Numbered from the stretch's first letter, positions 9,669 to 19,824 are shown. The stretch is 64,000 nt of DNA from Polyangiaceae bacterium (GCA_965222375.1 CBDCTZ010000016.1:1120001-1184000), one strand, 5' to 3'. Numbers and translations: made by a program. Notes: generated from the letters alone by a model not told the origin.

Positions 9669-10331
9669 ATGAAGCGGCTGCTCACTCTGATCGCATCGTC
9701 TACGATTCTGCTGTTCTCCAATGCGTGCAACATGCTCAAGCCGGCGCCAACGCCGCCATACGAGTCCGTGATCGTCGTTGAAGGTGATCAGGGCCAGTAC
9801 CTCGAGGGGGCAACTGTCACGTTCAAGACGAAGGTGGTGGGCAAGTCTGACGCCAGCGGGCGGATCAATTTGCGACTACGCGGCGCCGAGGGACACGTGT
9901 TTGCGTTGAACGTGAAGTGCCCCGATGGCTACACGCAGCCCAAGAAACCCGTCACGGTCGTGCTGCGTCGTTTGGCAGGGGATTCCAAGGCTGAGTATCG
10001 AGTGAGCTGCCCTCGCGCGATGCGACGCGTGGTCGTTGCCGTGCGTGCAGACAAAGGCCCCAACCTGCCTGTAGTGTATCTTGGGCGCAAGGTTGCAACG
10101 ACGGATGGGTTGGGTGTCGCCCACGTTGCGCTCGATGTGACACCGAACCAGAGCATCCTGCTCAAGCTCGACACGAGCGAACGGAAGCGCCTACGTCCGG
10201 AAAACCCAACCAATTCATTTGAAGTGAAGAACGCCGACGAGCTGTTTGTGTTCGATCAGACATTCACCGTCGAGCGTCCCAAGCGGGTGTATCGCAGGAG
10301 GTCAAAGCCCACGGGACCCCAGCCCATCTGA
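9669..10331 (+). CDS. Hypothetical lipoprotein with two beta-sandwich (carboxypeptidase-regulatory-like) repeats
   Basis: Signal peptide ending SNAC; repeated VVGKSDASG / VATTDGLG motifs. Confidence 0.7.
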   Translation: MKRLLTLIASSTILLFSNACNMLKPAPTPPYESVIVVEGDQGQYLEGATVTFKTKVVGKSDASGRINLRLRGAEGHVFALNVKCPDGYTQPKKPVTVVLRRLAGDSKAEYRVSCPRAMRRVVVAVRADKGPNLPVVYLGRKVATTDGLGVAHVALDVTPNQSILLKLDTSERKRLRPENPTNSFEVKNADELFVFDQTFTVERPKRVYRRRSKPTGPQPI

Positions 10332-10435
10332 GCTTTGCGAGCCACGCTGAAATTTTACTGTCAGGTGGCAAAAATACTTGACATTATTGAGTTTTTGTCC
10401 TTTCGCGACCGCCTAGCCCGCGCTACAGTGACACT

Positions 10436-10627
10436 GTGATGGCGGATGGAAGAACTCGAACCGGCCTCAGCGTCCTGCGAAATAGCAGGGGCGCAGTGGC
10501 CACCGAGTACGTGGTGCTGCTTGGCACCTGCGCCATCGCCATTGCCGGGGCCATCGTCGGATGGGGCCCGGCGCTGTATGCAAATTACGCACGGTCGCAA
10601 GGCATAATCTTGTCGCCGTTTCCGTAA
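10436..10627 (+). CDS. Flp-like type IVc pilin
   Basis: Class III signal RG|AVATEY with Glu5/Tyr6, followed by a hydrophobic helix. Confidence 0.75.
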   Translation: MMADGRTRTGLSVLRNSRGAVATEYVVLLGTCAIAIAGAIVGWGPALYANYARSQGIILSPFP

Positions 10628-10673
10628 GTGTCAGAGCGTGTTTTTCGGCAAAGGTATCAGTGAGAGGTCAGTC

Positions 10674-10841
10674 ATGAATAGCATTCGTCGTTTACTGCAG
10701 GACAAGAAGGGCGCCAACCTGGTCGAGTACCTTCTACTTCTGGCACTCATTGCCATCGTCGTCATTGCGGCCGCGCGTACCTTCGGTACCAGCGTGAGCA
10801 GCAAGATGGACGAGAAGAGAGGCGACGTCGAAGGATTGTGA
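10674..10841 (+). CDS. flp: Flp major pilin
   Basis: KG|ANLVEYLLLLALIAIV, a canonical Flp motif; GAGAGG RBS. Confidence 0.9.
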   Translation: MNSIRRLLQDKKGANLVEYLLLLALIAIVVIAAARTFGTSVSSKMDEKRGDVEGL

Positions 10842-10865
10842 TCTCACCTCCGGAACTCAGCGGGG

Positions 10866-11411
10866 ATGAACGGCGAACAGTACCTAATACTTGCCGCCGT
10901 CATCACCGCTGGGGCTGCGGCAGTCTTCGACTGGCGCACCGGGGAGATCCCAAACTGGTTGACGTTCGGCTCGCTGGCTGCAGCTTTCCTGGGCAAGCTC
11001 ACTTTCGGCTATTTGTCGGCAGGGGGCCCTGGGGCGTTGCGCGGTTTGATGTCCGCTCTGGCAGCGGCGATTCTCTGCGCAATCATTCCGTTCCTACTCT
11101 TTAGAGTCGGAGCGATGGGTGGTGGCGACGTCAAGCTGCTCGTAGCCGTGGGCGTGTTTCTAGGACCGTTGGTTGGTGTTGAAGCGCAAATGTATTCGTT
11201 CATCGTGGGTGCACTGTATGCACCTGCGCGGCTTGCGTATCAGGGCAAATTACTAAGAACACTCGGTAACAGCGTGGCACTCGTGAAGAATGTTTTCGTC
11301 CCCAAAGCGCGCCGCAAAGAGGTGCCGCAGGAGATGATGTCCGAGCTGCGTTTTGCCCCGTCGGTCTTAGTGGCCAACCTAATGGTCGTGCTACTGTATT
11401 GGAGGGCGTGA
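10866..11411 (+). CDS. cpaA: Prepilin peptidase, A24 family (CpaA/TadV)
   Basis: FDWRTGEIPN and GGGDVKLL aspartate motifs; no methylase domain. Confidence 0.9.
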   Translation: MNGEQYLILAAVITAGAAAVFDWRTGEIPNWLTFGSLAAAFLGKLTFGYLSAGGPGALRGLMSALAAAILCAIIPFLLFRVGAMGGGDVKLLVAVGVFLGPLVGVEAQMYSFIVGALYAPARLAYQGKLLRTLGNSVALVKNVFVPKARRKEVPQEMMSELRFAPSVLVANLMVVLLYWRA

Positions 11412-11932
11412 TGGCGATGGACGAGCGACGACGACTTTCACGAGACACCAAAGGTGCCGTGTACGTCGAATTCCTCGCCGTGTTCATGCCCTTGTTGACG
11501 GCGTTCCTGTGTCTAGCTCAAGGCGTCGGAATGTATTCAGCAAAGCTGGTCACGAAGCACGCCGCTCTACTTGGTGCGCGGGCCGCAGTGGTGGTGATTC
11601 CCGACGACCAACAGTACTACGGTGGCGAGCAACCGGGTAGGGCGGACGGCAAGCGCAACGATGACATAAAGAAAGCGGTGCTCACCGGACTCGGCGCGAG
11701 CCAGAGCATATCGCTCGCTCTTTCTATGGACAACATCATCGTCGCTGGTGGTGGTAGCAAGGCCAACAAGGCGTCCTTTGGCCGCGACGAAACCGTCACG
11801 GTGTACGTCGATTCCATCTACCGCTGCAGCCTGCCCATCGGCAAGTACGCCGTATGCGGCTTTGATACTCTCGCGAAACTAGAGGCAAAGGCCTCGCTAC
11901 GCATTCACGGAGCAGACTATGTATACCCGTGA
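11411..11932 (+). CDS. TadE-like minor pilin
   Basis: KG|AVYVEF, hydrophobic helix, AA..GARAAVV motif. Confidence 0.82.
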   Translation: MAMDERRRLSRDTKGAVYVEFLAVFMPLLTAFLCLAQGVGMYSAKLVTKHAALLGARAAVVVIPDDQQYYGGEQPGRADGKRNDDIKKAVLTGLGASQSISLALSMDNIIVAGGGSKANKASFGRDETVTVYVDSIYRCSLPIGKYAVCGFDTLAKLEAKASLRIHGADYVYP

Positions 11933-13550
11933 AAAACGGAGTGCCCGCAGCCTCGTGTCGGACCAGGCCGGCGCGATGGTCGTCGTCGGCACGTTCATGG
12001 CCGTCTTCCTGTCCGCGGGGCTGTTCTACTTGGTAGGCACCGGCGAGGCCATCATCTACCGGGAGCGTATTCAAGACGCAGCTGACGCCGTCGCTTTCTC
12101 CACTGCGGGTGTGCACGCGCGCGGCATGAACCTGATCGTTCTCATCAACTTGATCATGGCAGCTCTGCTTGCTGTCTTGATCTTCGCCAAGACGATCAAG
12201 TACCTCAATCTCATCATACTGGCGATTTGCGTGGTCATTTCGTGGTTCGTGCCTCCTGCTGCCGCGTACATTCCCGTCGGTAACGCCATCGACAGGGCAG
12301 TTTCCGCCTTCATCAACGTGTACGAAAACGTCCTGAAGGTCGCGCTGCCAGCCCTGAACTTCTCGCAAATAGGCATCGCGCTCGCGACCCCTTGGACCGC
12401 TGCACTCAAGACAGGCCCTGACGTCCAAGCAAAGTACGAACCCCTGGCAGAAACGGCCTACACCATAAGTCCATCCATGATGCCCCAACCATCTATCGGT
12501 AGCTGGAGTGACATCAAGAATCCCAAGGCTCTGATGGACGGCTTCCAGAACGGTAAGCTCGGGCTACCGGTTCAACAGGATACCTACGACAACCTCTGCA
12601 AGAAGTCCGCCGAGATGATGATGGACCTCTTCGCCGACGTGCTCGGGGGCGGGGCGTTTGCGAAGGCGGTCGGCCGTTGGGCGTCATCTCTAATCGGGGC
12701 GTTCCCCAGTGCGTTCTGTGGGGGAGGGTCGTCCGTCAATACCAACGGTTTCAAGATAAACATTGACGACATTGCCTCGTCCGCTTGCAAAGACGAGGAG
12801 AAGAAAAAGGAACAGGACCACAAGGACGCCAATGGCGGCAGTTCGGCAGGCTTTTCCTTCGACATGGGCGATTGCGTCGATGACAAGAAGAAGGAGCTTA
12901 AGGACAGTGTCGACGACGCCCAGCAGCAGAATAACAGCACCGGCGGCGGTGGCGGCTGGACGAAGTACGCGACCCCCAAGAAGATCTTCGATGGCGCGGA
13001 CATCGGCGGGGGCCAGTTTCAAGTCTGGTCGCTCCTGTCAGGTCAGGAGAAGTGGGCAGGGTCAAACACCGAGAAGGGGGTGGGCATGGCCTCTTGGAGC
13101 AAAGGGGCTCCTGAGATCAAGCGCAACTTCTTGAATCGTTATCGGTTTGCCCAAGCCGAATTCTACTGGGACAGCCCCGGCACCTGGGACAAGAACAAGG
13201 ACGAGTGCATGTGGAAAATGCGCTGGCGGTCCCGTTTGCGTCGAGTTCGAGTTGATATGCCGGACATCCTGGAGGGAATCGCCGGACCGATCTTCGACAA
13301 CTTGTTGGGCTCACTGAAGGGCAAGCTGTTCAATGCCTTGGACGGAAAGGGAGTGAAGACCATCCTGGGTGCTGCCGGCTTCAGTGAGTTGCTGGGCAAG
13401 TGGCTCAAAGATGGCATTGGTTTCAAGTTCGGCACCTTCGAGTGGAAGTTCGACAGCTGGCCCGGCCTGATGGGGCTCGTGGGCAAAGGAGACGACGCTT
13501 TGAACAAGGCCGTGCAGGGACTGCTGGCCACGCCGGAGATTGTGCACTGA
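11919..13550 (+). CDS. TadG-like large minor pilin / tip protein
   Basis: AG|AMVVVG N-terminus, IQDAADAVA motif, RGMNLI; 543 aa. Confidence 0.78.
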   Translation: MYTREKRSARSLVSDQAGAMVVVGTFMAVFLSAGLFYLVGTGEAIIYRERIQDAADAVAFSTAGVHARGMNLIVLINLIMAALLAVLIFAKTIKYLNLIILAICVVISWFVPPAAAYIPVGNAIDRAVSAFINVYENVLKVALPALNFSQIGIALATPWTAALKTGPDVQAKYEPLAETAYTISPSMMPQPSIGSWSDIKNPKALMDGFQNGKLGLPVQQDTYDNLCKKSAEMMMDLFADVLGGGAFAKAVGRWASSLIGAFPSAFCGGGSSVNTNGFKINIDDIASSACKDEEKKKEQDHKDANGGSSAGFSFDMGDCVDDKKKELKDSVDDAQQQNNSTGGGGGWTKYATPKKIFDGADIGGGQFQVWSLLSGQEKWAGSNTEKGVGMASWSKGAPEIKRNFLNRYRFAQAEFYWDSPGTWDKNKDECMWKMRWRSRLRRVRVDMPDILEGIAGPIFDNLLGSLKGKLFNALDGKGVKTILGAAGFSELLGKWLKDGIGFKFGTFEWKFDSWPGLMGLVGKGDDALNKAVQGLLATPEIVH

Positions 13551-14020
13551 TGGCCCGCTCGCGACGCCGTCAGCGTGGAGCCGCCGCCGTCGAGGGCGCG
13601 ATGACCATGACTTTGTTCGTGCTCATCTTCGGCGGAATCTGGGCTGCTCTAGGGTTCTTCCGAGCAAAAATCGACGTGATGCAAGAGGCGCGCGCGGACG
13701 CTTGGCAGACAGCGCTCGACCCATGCGGAGGCAGTGGGATTCTCGGCAGCGTCAAGGACCAGCTCCTCGAGCAGGTCGACAGCGGGGACACGAGCGGAGG
13801 CAACGAGAAGTTCGGTGACTTCGAAAGTTCACTGGACCAATCCGGCGGCTATGTCACCACCAACGCCACGGCCACGAACGTATCCAACTCGTTGATCGGT
13901 GGCGGTGTGTACAAGCCCGAAGGCAAGATGCACATCCGCTGCAATGAAGACATCAGCAATGACAGCCTGAGCAGTATCGCTGGAGAAGCGATGGGCATGG
14001 CCAAGGATATGATCTTCTGA
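13550..14020 (+). CDS. TadE-like minor pilin
   Basis: ATG overlaps the upstream TGA; RG|AAAVEG followed by a hydrophobic helix. Confidence 0.75.
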   Translation: MARSRRRQRGAAAVEGAMTMTLFVLIFGGIWAALGFFRAKIDVMQEARADAWQTALDPCGGSGILGSVKDQLLEQVDSGDTSGGNEKFGDFESSLDQSGGYVTTNATATNVSNSLIGGGVYKPEGKMHIRCNEDISNDSLSSIAGEAMGMAKDMIF

Positions 14021-14030
14021 GGGCAGCACC

Positions 14031-15017
14031 ATGGCGAAGCGCAAGGCATCCTTCCTGATAGATTCGTTCTGGGCAGCCGCGCGTGCGATCTATTGGCCAC
14101 TCCGCGCCATTGGCAGATTCTACGGTCATCCTCGCGTCCGCGCAGCTTTGCGCGTGATGACGTACGTAATGGTGGTCTGTGTCGTAGTCGCGTTGTTCGG
14201 CGCGCGTTCCGCACGAGGCAGCCTGGCTGAGCAAGGGCTCATCGTTGGCCGCCAGATAGCAAAGCTGGAGGATCTAACGGCCGAACCCACCACGCTGATG
14301 TTGAACGGCCAGCGCATCAACGTTACCGCGGTCGTGGTAGAGAGTGAGCACACGAAAGTGCTGGATCGCGTGCAGACCGTGTGTGAGGCGGATAGTGCTT
14401 CCAGTGACGCGTTTCATTCTGCGGCCGCGGGGAAAGAGTCCATCGCCACCCGATACTCCTTGTTCAAAGCGAGTGTCATGCGTCGCGAGACATCCATCGA
14501 CGGCGTGGTTGCATGCGTCATGAACCGCCCTGGCAAGCAGCCGGGTTTCGCTGAGCGGTTCAAGCGCCTTGCGATGACCGCGGACTTCGGTGAGCTGGGA
14601 CTGATGCGCTATGTGTACGTCCAAAATCTGAGCAATGGGCGCACCCGCGTAGTTACGGCGTGGACGGACGGAGGGTTCAAGTTCAGCGCTCTGGTTCCAG
14701 CGTCGAAGGGCGCTGACGCGCCGGGTCACGACCCAACCAACGTACCGCGTCCGCCGGAGTCCGTGCGCTACCTCGCTGCCCACGCGGTTGGTCTGCCCCA
14801 TGGGGTCTTCCTCTACGAGACCCAGTTGAGCCGGGATGCGGCGCTCAAGTTTTATGGGGCTGAGATGACCAAGCGCGGCTGGCGCATCATGCCGGAACTC
14901 GACGCGCGCACCGAGGGCGTACGCCACTTTTTCAAGGATAATGTGGACCTGATGGTGGCGGTGCAGGAATTTGAGGGTCGCGTTTCCGTCACCATGGTAG
15001 AAACGCGATCAAACTGA
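14031..15017 (+). CDS. Hypothetical membrane-anchored protein in the Tad operon
   Basis: 328-aa co-oriented ORF with one N-terminal TM helix. Confidence 0.72.
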   Translation: MAKRKASFLIDSFWAAARAIYWPLRAIGRFYGHPRVRAALRVMTYVMVVCVVVALFGARSARGSLAEQGLIVGRQIAKLEDLTAEPTTLMLNGQRINVTAVVVESEHTKVLDRVQTVCEADSASSDAFHSAAAGKESIATRYSLFKASVMRRETSIDGVVACVMNRPGKQPGFAERFKRLAMTADFGELGLMRYVYVQNLSNGRTRVVTAWTDGGFKFSALVPASKGADAPGHDPTNVPRPPESVRYLAAHAVGLPHGVFLYETQLSRDAALKFYGAEMTKRGWRIMPELDARTEGVRHFFKDNVDLMVAVQEFEGRVSVTMVETRSN

Positions 15018-15074
15018 GAGCGTGGGTCGCGTCGCCGGGGCCTGCGTGGAGCCTCGCGTCAGGATAACGGACCC

Positions 15075-15857
15075 ATGAACAAACGCGCGTTGATGATTGC
15101 CGTCATTTTTGCGGCTCTCGGTGCGGTCTTGATGATCCTCTACGTCAAACGCTTCGAGGAAGAAGCCTCTGGTGGCGAAAAAGTGCGCGTGATGATTGCG
15201 GTCAAGCCCCTCGAGTCTGGCGCGGAAATAGACGAATCGTCGATTGGAATCCGTGAGATCCCCATCGCGTACATCGAAGATCGCTTCGTGAAGGCCGTCG
15301 AGAAGTCGAAGATCATTGGGCTGAAGCTCGGCAACAAGGTCGAGGCACAGCAGACTCTGATGTGGACGGACCTTGCTATCGCCACGGATGAGCGCCGGGA
15401 TCTCAGCGCGTTGATCCAGCCTGGTGCCCGCGCCGTAACGGTGCGCGCGTCCCGCGGAGACAAGAGCTACGCGATGATTCGTCCTGGCGACTACGTGGAC
15501 GTGATCTCCAATCTGCCTGATCCTGAAATCCGGGAGAAGATCACGGCAGTCGTTCTCCTGCAGAAGGTGCTGGTTCTCGCAGTTGGCTTGGAAACCGCTC
15601 CGCAGAACCTCGCGGTGGGTGCAAAGGAGCGCGACATGCTGCTCACTCTGAGCGTCTCGTTGCAGGAGGGGCAGCTGCTCTCGTTGGCGCAGGACAAGGG
15701 GGAGCTGATGGTGGCGCTTAGGAACCCGACGGACCAGCGTGTTCTCGAGGGCATCCCGGAGATGAACTCGACCGCATTAACTGACAAAGAAGTGCTCAAG
15801 ACGCTGCAAGGGGCTCGTTCCAAAGCACGACCGATCCGTCTGGAGACGAAGGAATGA
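15075..15857 (+). CDS. cpaB: Flp pilus assembly protein CpaB/RcpC
   Basis: N-terminal TM, SAF-like region, PGARAVTV, IRPGDYVDV and LQKVLVLAVG. Confidence 0.92.
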   Translation: MNKRALMIAVIFAALGAVLMILYVKRFEEEASGGEKVRVMIAVKPLESGAEIDESSIGIREIPIAYIEDRFVKAVEKSKIIGLKLGNKVEAQQTLMWTDLAIATDERRDLSALIQPGARAVTVRASRGDKSYAMIRPGDYVDVISNLPDPEIREKITAVVLLQKVLVLAVGLETAPQNLAVGAKERDMLLTLSVSLQEGQLLSLAQDKGELMVALRNPTDQRVLEGIPEMNSTALTDKEVLKTLQGARSKARPIRLETKE

Positions 15858-17170
15858 TCAAACGAATTATCCCCTGGATCGTTGGGATCGCCTGCCTGAC
15901 GCCGGCCGCGTTCGCGCAAAAAGGCGATCAAGACCCGTCCGCCGAGGGAGAGTCCGCCAACACCCAAGAGCTGAATCTGGTGGTGGGTGAGAACAAGACG
16001 ATCCCCGCCGGCGGCGTGAAAAACTACTCCGAGGGCATCAAGGGCATCGCCGATGTCAAGCTCACCACCGACAATACCAAATTCGTTATCGCCGGTCGCA
16101 AGCCCGGCAGCACGACGCTATTGCTCATCAACAAGGATGACTCGACTACCAACTGGGTCATCAATGTGTTTTCGCGCTCGCCAGCCGCAGTGAAAAAGGA
16201 GCTCTCTGACTTGTTGGGGGAGATGCCCGGCATTCGCGTGCGGCGTGTTGGTTCACGCTTCTTCATCGAGGGTGGCGTCGGCACGGACGGTGACGCCCGT
16301 CGCATCGAGAAGATCGCAAAGCTCTACCCGGGGCAGGTCGAGTCTTTGGTGGTCGTCGGCCAAGGCGGTGCGGTTGACCGCAAGGTGAACATCCGCATCG
16401 ACTTCTTCTTCGTGCAGTACGACAAGTCTTCTGGATACAACGTTGGCATTGATTGGCCAGGGCGGATAGGTGGCGACAGCGTTCAAAACGAATTCACCTA
16501 CGATTTCTTGGCTGGCACCACGACGACGGCTCAGGCCTCAGTCGTCAATCAGCCCCTCCCCGCTCTCGACATCGCGTCCGTCAAGGGCTGGGCCAAGGTC
16601 CTCAAGCAGTCCACGGTGATCACTGTGAACGGCACCAAGGCCACTTTTGAGAGCGGGGGAGAACAGAACTTCACGATCTCTTCTGGTCTCACCTCCGACA
16701 TCAAAGCCATCGAGTTCGGTACCAAAGTCACGGTGCTTCCCCGCTTGGACGAGGAAACCGGAGAACTCGAGATTGGCGTAGAGGCTGACGTTTCAGACCT
16801 CACACCTCCGGTTGGTTCCACTAATCTTCCAGGCCGAAACACCAGCAAGCTGAACACCTTGGTCAGAATGAAACTGGGGCAGTCGCTGGTGCTCTCGGGA
16901 ATCAGAACCCAAAACCGTCGCCGCGGTGTTCGCGGGCTGCCCTTGCTCAGCGAAGTCCCGGTGCTAGGCCTATTGTTCGGTACGCATAGCGATCAATCTG
17001 AAGACGTCGAGGGAGCCGTGTTTGTCATTCCCACTGCCGTCGAGGCAGTGCCCACATCGGCAATTGAGGCCATCAATAGCGCGTTGAACCAATTCGAAGA
17101 GTACTCCGGCGACATCGATGCGGTGAACGCCTACAACAAGCGCCCCAGGCAGTGGAAGAAGCGCCAATGA
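15854..17170 (+). CDS. cpaC: Tad secretin CpaC/RcpA
   Basis: Signal peptide, pilus-formation N-domain (GRKPGSTTLL) and secretin signature GLPLLSEVPVLGLLFG. Confidence 0.9.
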   Translation: MIKRIIPWIVGIACLTPAAFAQKGDQDPSAEGESANTQELNLVVGENKTIPAGGVKNYSEGIKGIADVKLTTDNTKFVIAGRKPGSTTLLLINKDDSTTNWVINVFSRSPAAVKKELSDLLGEMPGIRVRRVGSRFFIEGGVGTDGDARRIEKIAKLYPGQVESLVVVGQGGAVDRKVNIRIDFFFVQYDKSSGYNVGIDWPGRIGGDSVQNEFTYDFLAGTTTTAQASVVNQPLPALDIASVKGWAKVLKQSTVITVNGTKATFESGGEQNFTISSGLTSDIKAIEFGTKVTVLPRLDEETGELEIGVEADVSDLTPPVGSTNLPGRNTSKLNTLVRMKLGQSLVLSGIRTQNRRRGVRGLPLLSEVPVLGLLFGTHSDQSEDVEGAVFVIPTAVEAVPTSAIEAINSALNQFEEYSGDIDAVNAYNKRPRQWKKRQ

Positions 17171-17203
17171 GTCCCACGTCCGTGAGTCGACCCGGGTGAA
17201 GCC

Positions 17204-18967
17204 GTGAACTTGCTGGTGAGCATTGAGTCTCGCAGCGGTGGCGGAAAAAGGTCCCTACAGATTCAGGCCACCGGACCGATCACGATTGGTCGTGACGCGG
17301 CATGCGGTTTGCGAATCAAGAGCGATCTGGTCTCTCGCCAACACGCCCAGGTCAAGTTTGCCGCCGATGGAATCAGCGTCGAGGATAAGTCTACGAATGG
17401 CACCCTGGCGGGTGACCAGCTACTGAAGAAGACATCGGTTTGGGTACCCTTCGGGACGCCGATCGTCGTTGGCGATCACACTCTCGTGTTCGATGTGCCT
17501 GGCCGGCGCGACGTGCGTGAAGCTCCCCGAGTGCAGGCGCCTGCGCCATCTGCGATTCCGCGAACTCCACAGCGCAAGGCTCCCCCCGTGGCGCCGTCTA
17601 GCCCACAGCATCCGCCAGCTCCGGCGCGGGCTTCCGCTCCCCACCACGAGCCACCAAAGGAGCCGGAAGAAAGCCAAGAGCCGGCCAAGCCCGCGCGGAA
17701 CGACGCAGTCAACGAGATGCGCCGCGAAATCCACAAGCAATTGCTCGAGCACTTGGACCTGGCGACGATGGGCGCGAAGGAGCTCGATGACCCCTCCATG
17801 CGACCCAAAGTCATCGGCGCCTTGCGTCGGATCTTGGATCTGATGGGGCCGCGCATCCCCGCAAGCGTCGCCAAGGACCGACTCGTCGGGGAACTCGCGG
17901 ATGAGGCCCTTGGCCTGGGCCCCCTGGAGCATCTGCTCGCGGATCCGTCCGTCACGGAAATCATGGTGGTGGATGCAGACACGATCTACATCGAGCGGAA
18001 CGGAAAGATTGTACTTTCTGACCAGCGGTTCACCGATGACGATCGCGTACGTGCAGTGATCGAGCGAATCGTTACCCCTTTGGGACGTCGCATCGATGAA
18101 TCTTCTCCGTTGGTGGACGCTCGCCTGAAGGACGGATCTCGCGTCAATGCAGTGATCCGGCCGATCGCGCTCAAGGGGTCGTGCATCACAATTCGGAAGT
18201 TCTCCAAGGTGCCGCTCACCCTGGAAAAGCTGATCAAGTTCGGCGCGCTCTCCAGTCCCATGGGGCGGTTTCTCACCCGCTGCGTGGCCGCTAAAAAGAA
18301 CATCATCATTTCCGGCGGCACTGGTAGCGGCAAGACCACGCTACTCAACATTCTTTCCAGTGCCATTCCTGGGGATGAGCGCATCGTCACGATCGAGGAC
18401 GCAGCGGAACTCCAGCTCGAGCAGCCGCATGTGGTTTCCATGGAAACCCGGCCGCCAAACATGGAAGGCAAAGGCGAGTATTCGATCCGCGACCTGTTGC
18501 GCAACGCCATGCGCATGCGTCCCGATCGCGTCGTGGTCGGTGAGTGTCGCGGCGGTGAAGCATTGGACATGCTTCAGGCCATGAACACGGGCCACGATGG
18601 TTCGCTCACGACGACCCACGCGAACTCACCCCTCGAGGGACTCAAACGCATCGAAACTCTCTGTCTCATGGCGGGCGTTGATCTCCCGCCCCGGGCGATC
18701 CGAGAGCAGATCGTCGGGTCCATCGACGTGGTGGTTCAGCAGTCGCGATTTTCGGATGGCTCGCGCAAGCTGAGCGCTATCGCCGAGGTGGTCGGTCTCA
18801 ACGAAGACATGAGTTTCGAGCTGATGCCGATATACGAATTCGTTCGCTCGAGCACCGGCCCCGAAGGCCAGGTGGTTGGCTCCCACCAGGCAACTGGGTA
18901 CCTGCCGTCGTTCCTGAATGAATTCATCGTGAAAGGGCTCGTGCCAAGGGAGGGACCGTACCTCTGA
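17204..18967 (+). CDS. cpaF: FHA-domain-fused CpaF/TadA ATPase
   Basis: FHA motifs IGRD, VSRQH, STNGT; Pro-rich linker; Walker A GGTGSGKT; MRPDRVVVGECRG; GHDGSLTTTHAN. Confidence 0.93.
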   Translation: MNLLVSIESRSGGGKRSLQIQATGPITIGRDAACGLRIKSDLVSRQHAQVKFAADGISVEDKSTNGTLAGDQLLKKTSVWVPFGTPIVVGDHTLVFDVPGRRDVREAPRVQAPAPSAIPRTPQRKAPPVAPSSPQHPPAPARASAPHHEPPKEPEESQEPAKPARNDAVNEMRREIHKQLLEHLDLATMGAKELDDPSMRPKVIGALRRILDLMGPRIPASVAKDRLVGELADEALGLGPLEHLLADPSVTEIMVVDADTIYIERNGKIVLSDQRFTDDDRVRAVIERIVTPLGRRIDESSPLVDARLKDGSRVNAVIRPIALKGSCITIRKFSKVPLTLEKLIKFGALSSPMGRFLTRCVAAKKNIIISGGTGSGKTTLLNILSSAIPGDERIVTIEDAAELQLEQPHVVSMETRPPNMEGKGEYSIRDLLRNAMRMRPDRVVVGECRGGEALDMLQAMNTGHDGSLTTTHANSPLEGLKRIETLCLMAGVDLPPRAIREQIVGSIDVVVQQSRFSDGSRKLSAIAEVVGLNEDMSFELMPIYEFVRSSTGPEGQVVGSHQATGYLPSFLNEFIVKGLVPREGPYL

Positions 18968-19824
18968 TGGCCGTCACGATGATCATGAAGATTGCCGGAG
19001 CGGCGTCCATATGTGCGGCGCTGTTCATCGGTGGTTGGGCCGCGGTTGCGGATGTAGACGGCCCAGTCATGCGCTACTGGGCGCGCTACTGCGCCCATCT
19101 CGAGCGCAAGCTGCGCCTCATGTTCATTTGGACTCCGGGCCGGTACATCGCCTTCGGGCAGGTCGCCGCCATGTTCCTGGTGCTTGCTGCGCACATGGCG
19201 TTCAAGATTGAAATGTGGTGGCTGCTGTTAATCCTGATTGGTGTGGGGCCCGCGCAGTACATCGAGCGATTGCGCCGCAAACGGGTCGAGCAAATCGAGG
19301 ATCAGCTCGACGGTTTTCTAACTGCTCTGGCGAATTCGCTCAAAGCGACGCCGAGTATCGCTAACGCGTTTCAGTCGGTGCAACCATTGTTGCCTCACCC
19401 AATTCAGGGCGAGGTCGACCTTGCGTGCAAAGAGATGCGCGTCGGCAGTACTTTGGAGCAGGCATTGCTCAGCATGGGCGGGCGGGTTGCGAGTCGGCAG
19501 TTGGACTCGGCGCTTTCAGCGGTGCTGATCGGGCGGCAGTTGGGTGGTGACATGCCACGAATACTGGAAACGACGGCGGACACTCTGCGTGAGATGATAC
19601 GTTTGGAGGGCGTAGTTCAGGCCAAGACAGCCGAGGGCAAGGCTCAGGCATGGGTGCTGGCACTCTTCCCCTTTGGTATCGTCGTGTCCCTCAGCTGGAT
19701 GCAGCCGGGGTTCTTTGATCCCCTGCGTGACACCGTAGTCGGTTGGATTATTTCTGCTATCGCAGGCGTGCTGTGGCTGGTCTCGCTGCTCTGGGCACGC
19801 AAGATCTTGGCGGTGGATGTATGA
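18967..19824 (+). CDS. tadB: TadB inner-membrane platform protein
   Basis: T2SSF-like pattern with TAEGKAQA; directly follows cpaF. Confidence 0.88.
   Translation: MAVTMIMKIAGAASICAALFIGGWAAVADVDGPVMRYWARYCAHLERKLRLMFIWTPGRYIAFGQVAAMFLVLAAHMAFKIEMWWLLLILIGVGPAQYIERLRRKRVEQIEDQLDGFLTALANSLKATPSIANAFQSVQPLLPHPIQGEVDLACKEMRVGSTLEQALLSMGGRVASRQLDSALSAVLIGRQLGGDMPRILETTADTLREMIRLEGVVQAKTAEGKAQAWVLALFPFGIVVSLSWMQPGFFDPLRDTVVGWIISAIAGVLWLVSLLWARKILAVDV

Noticed and set aside
10378..10428. Sigma70 promoter for the Tad operon
   Set aside because: TTGACA and a -10-like TACAGT are about 40 nt apart, so they cannot form one promoter; not called.
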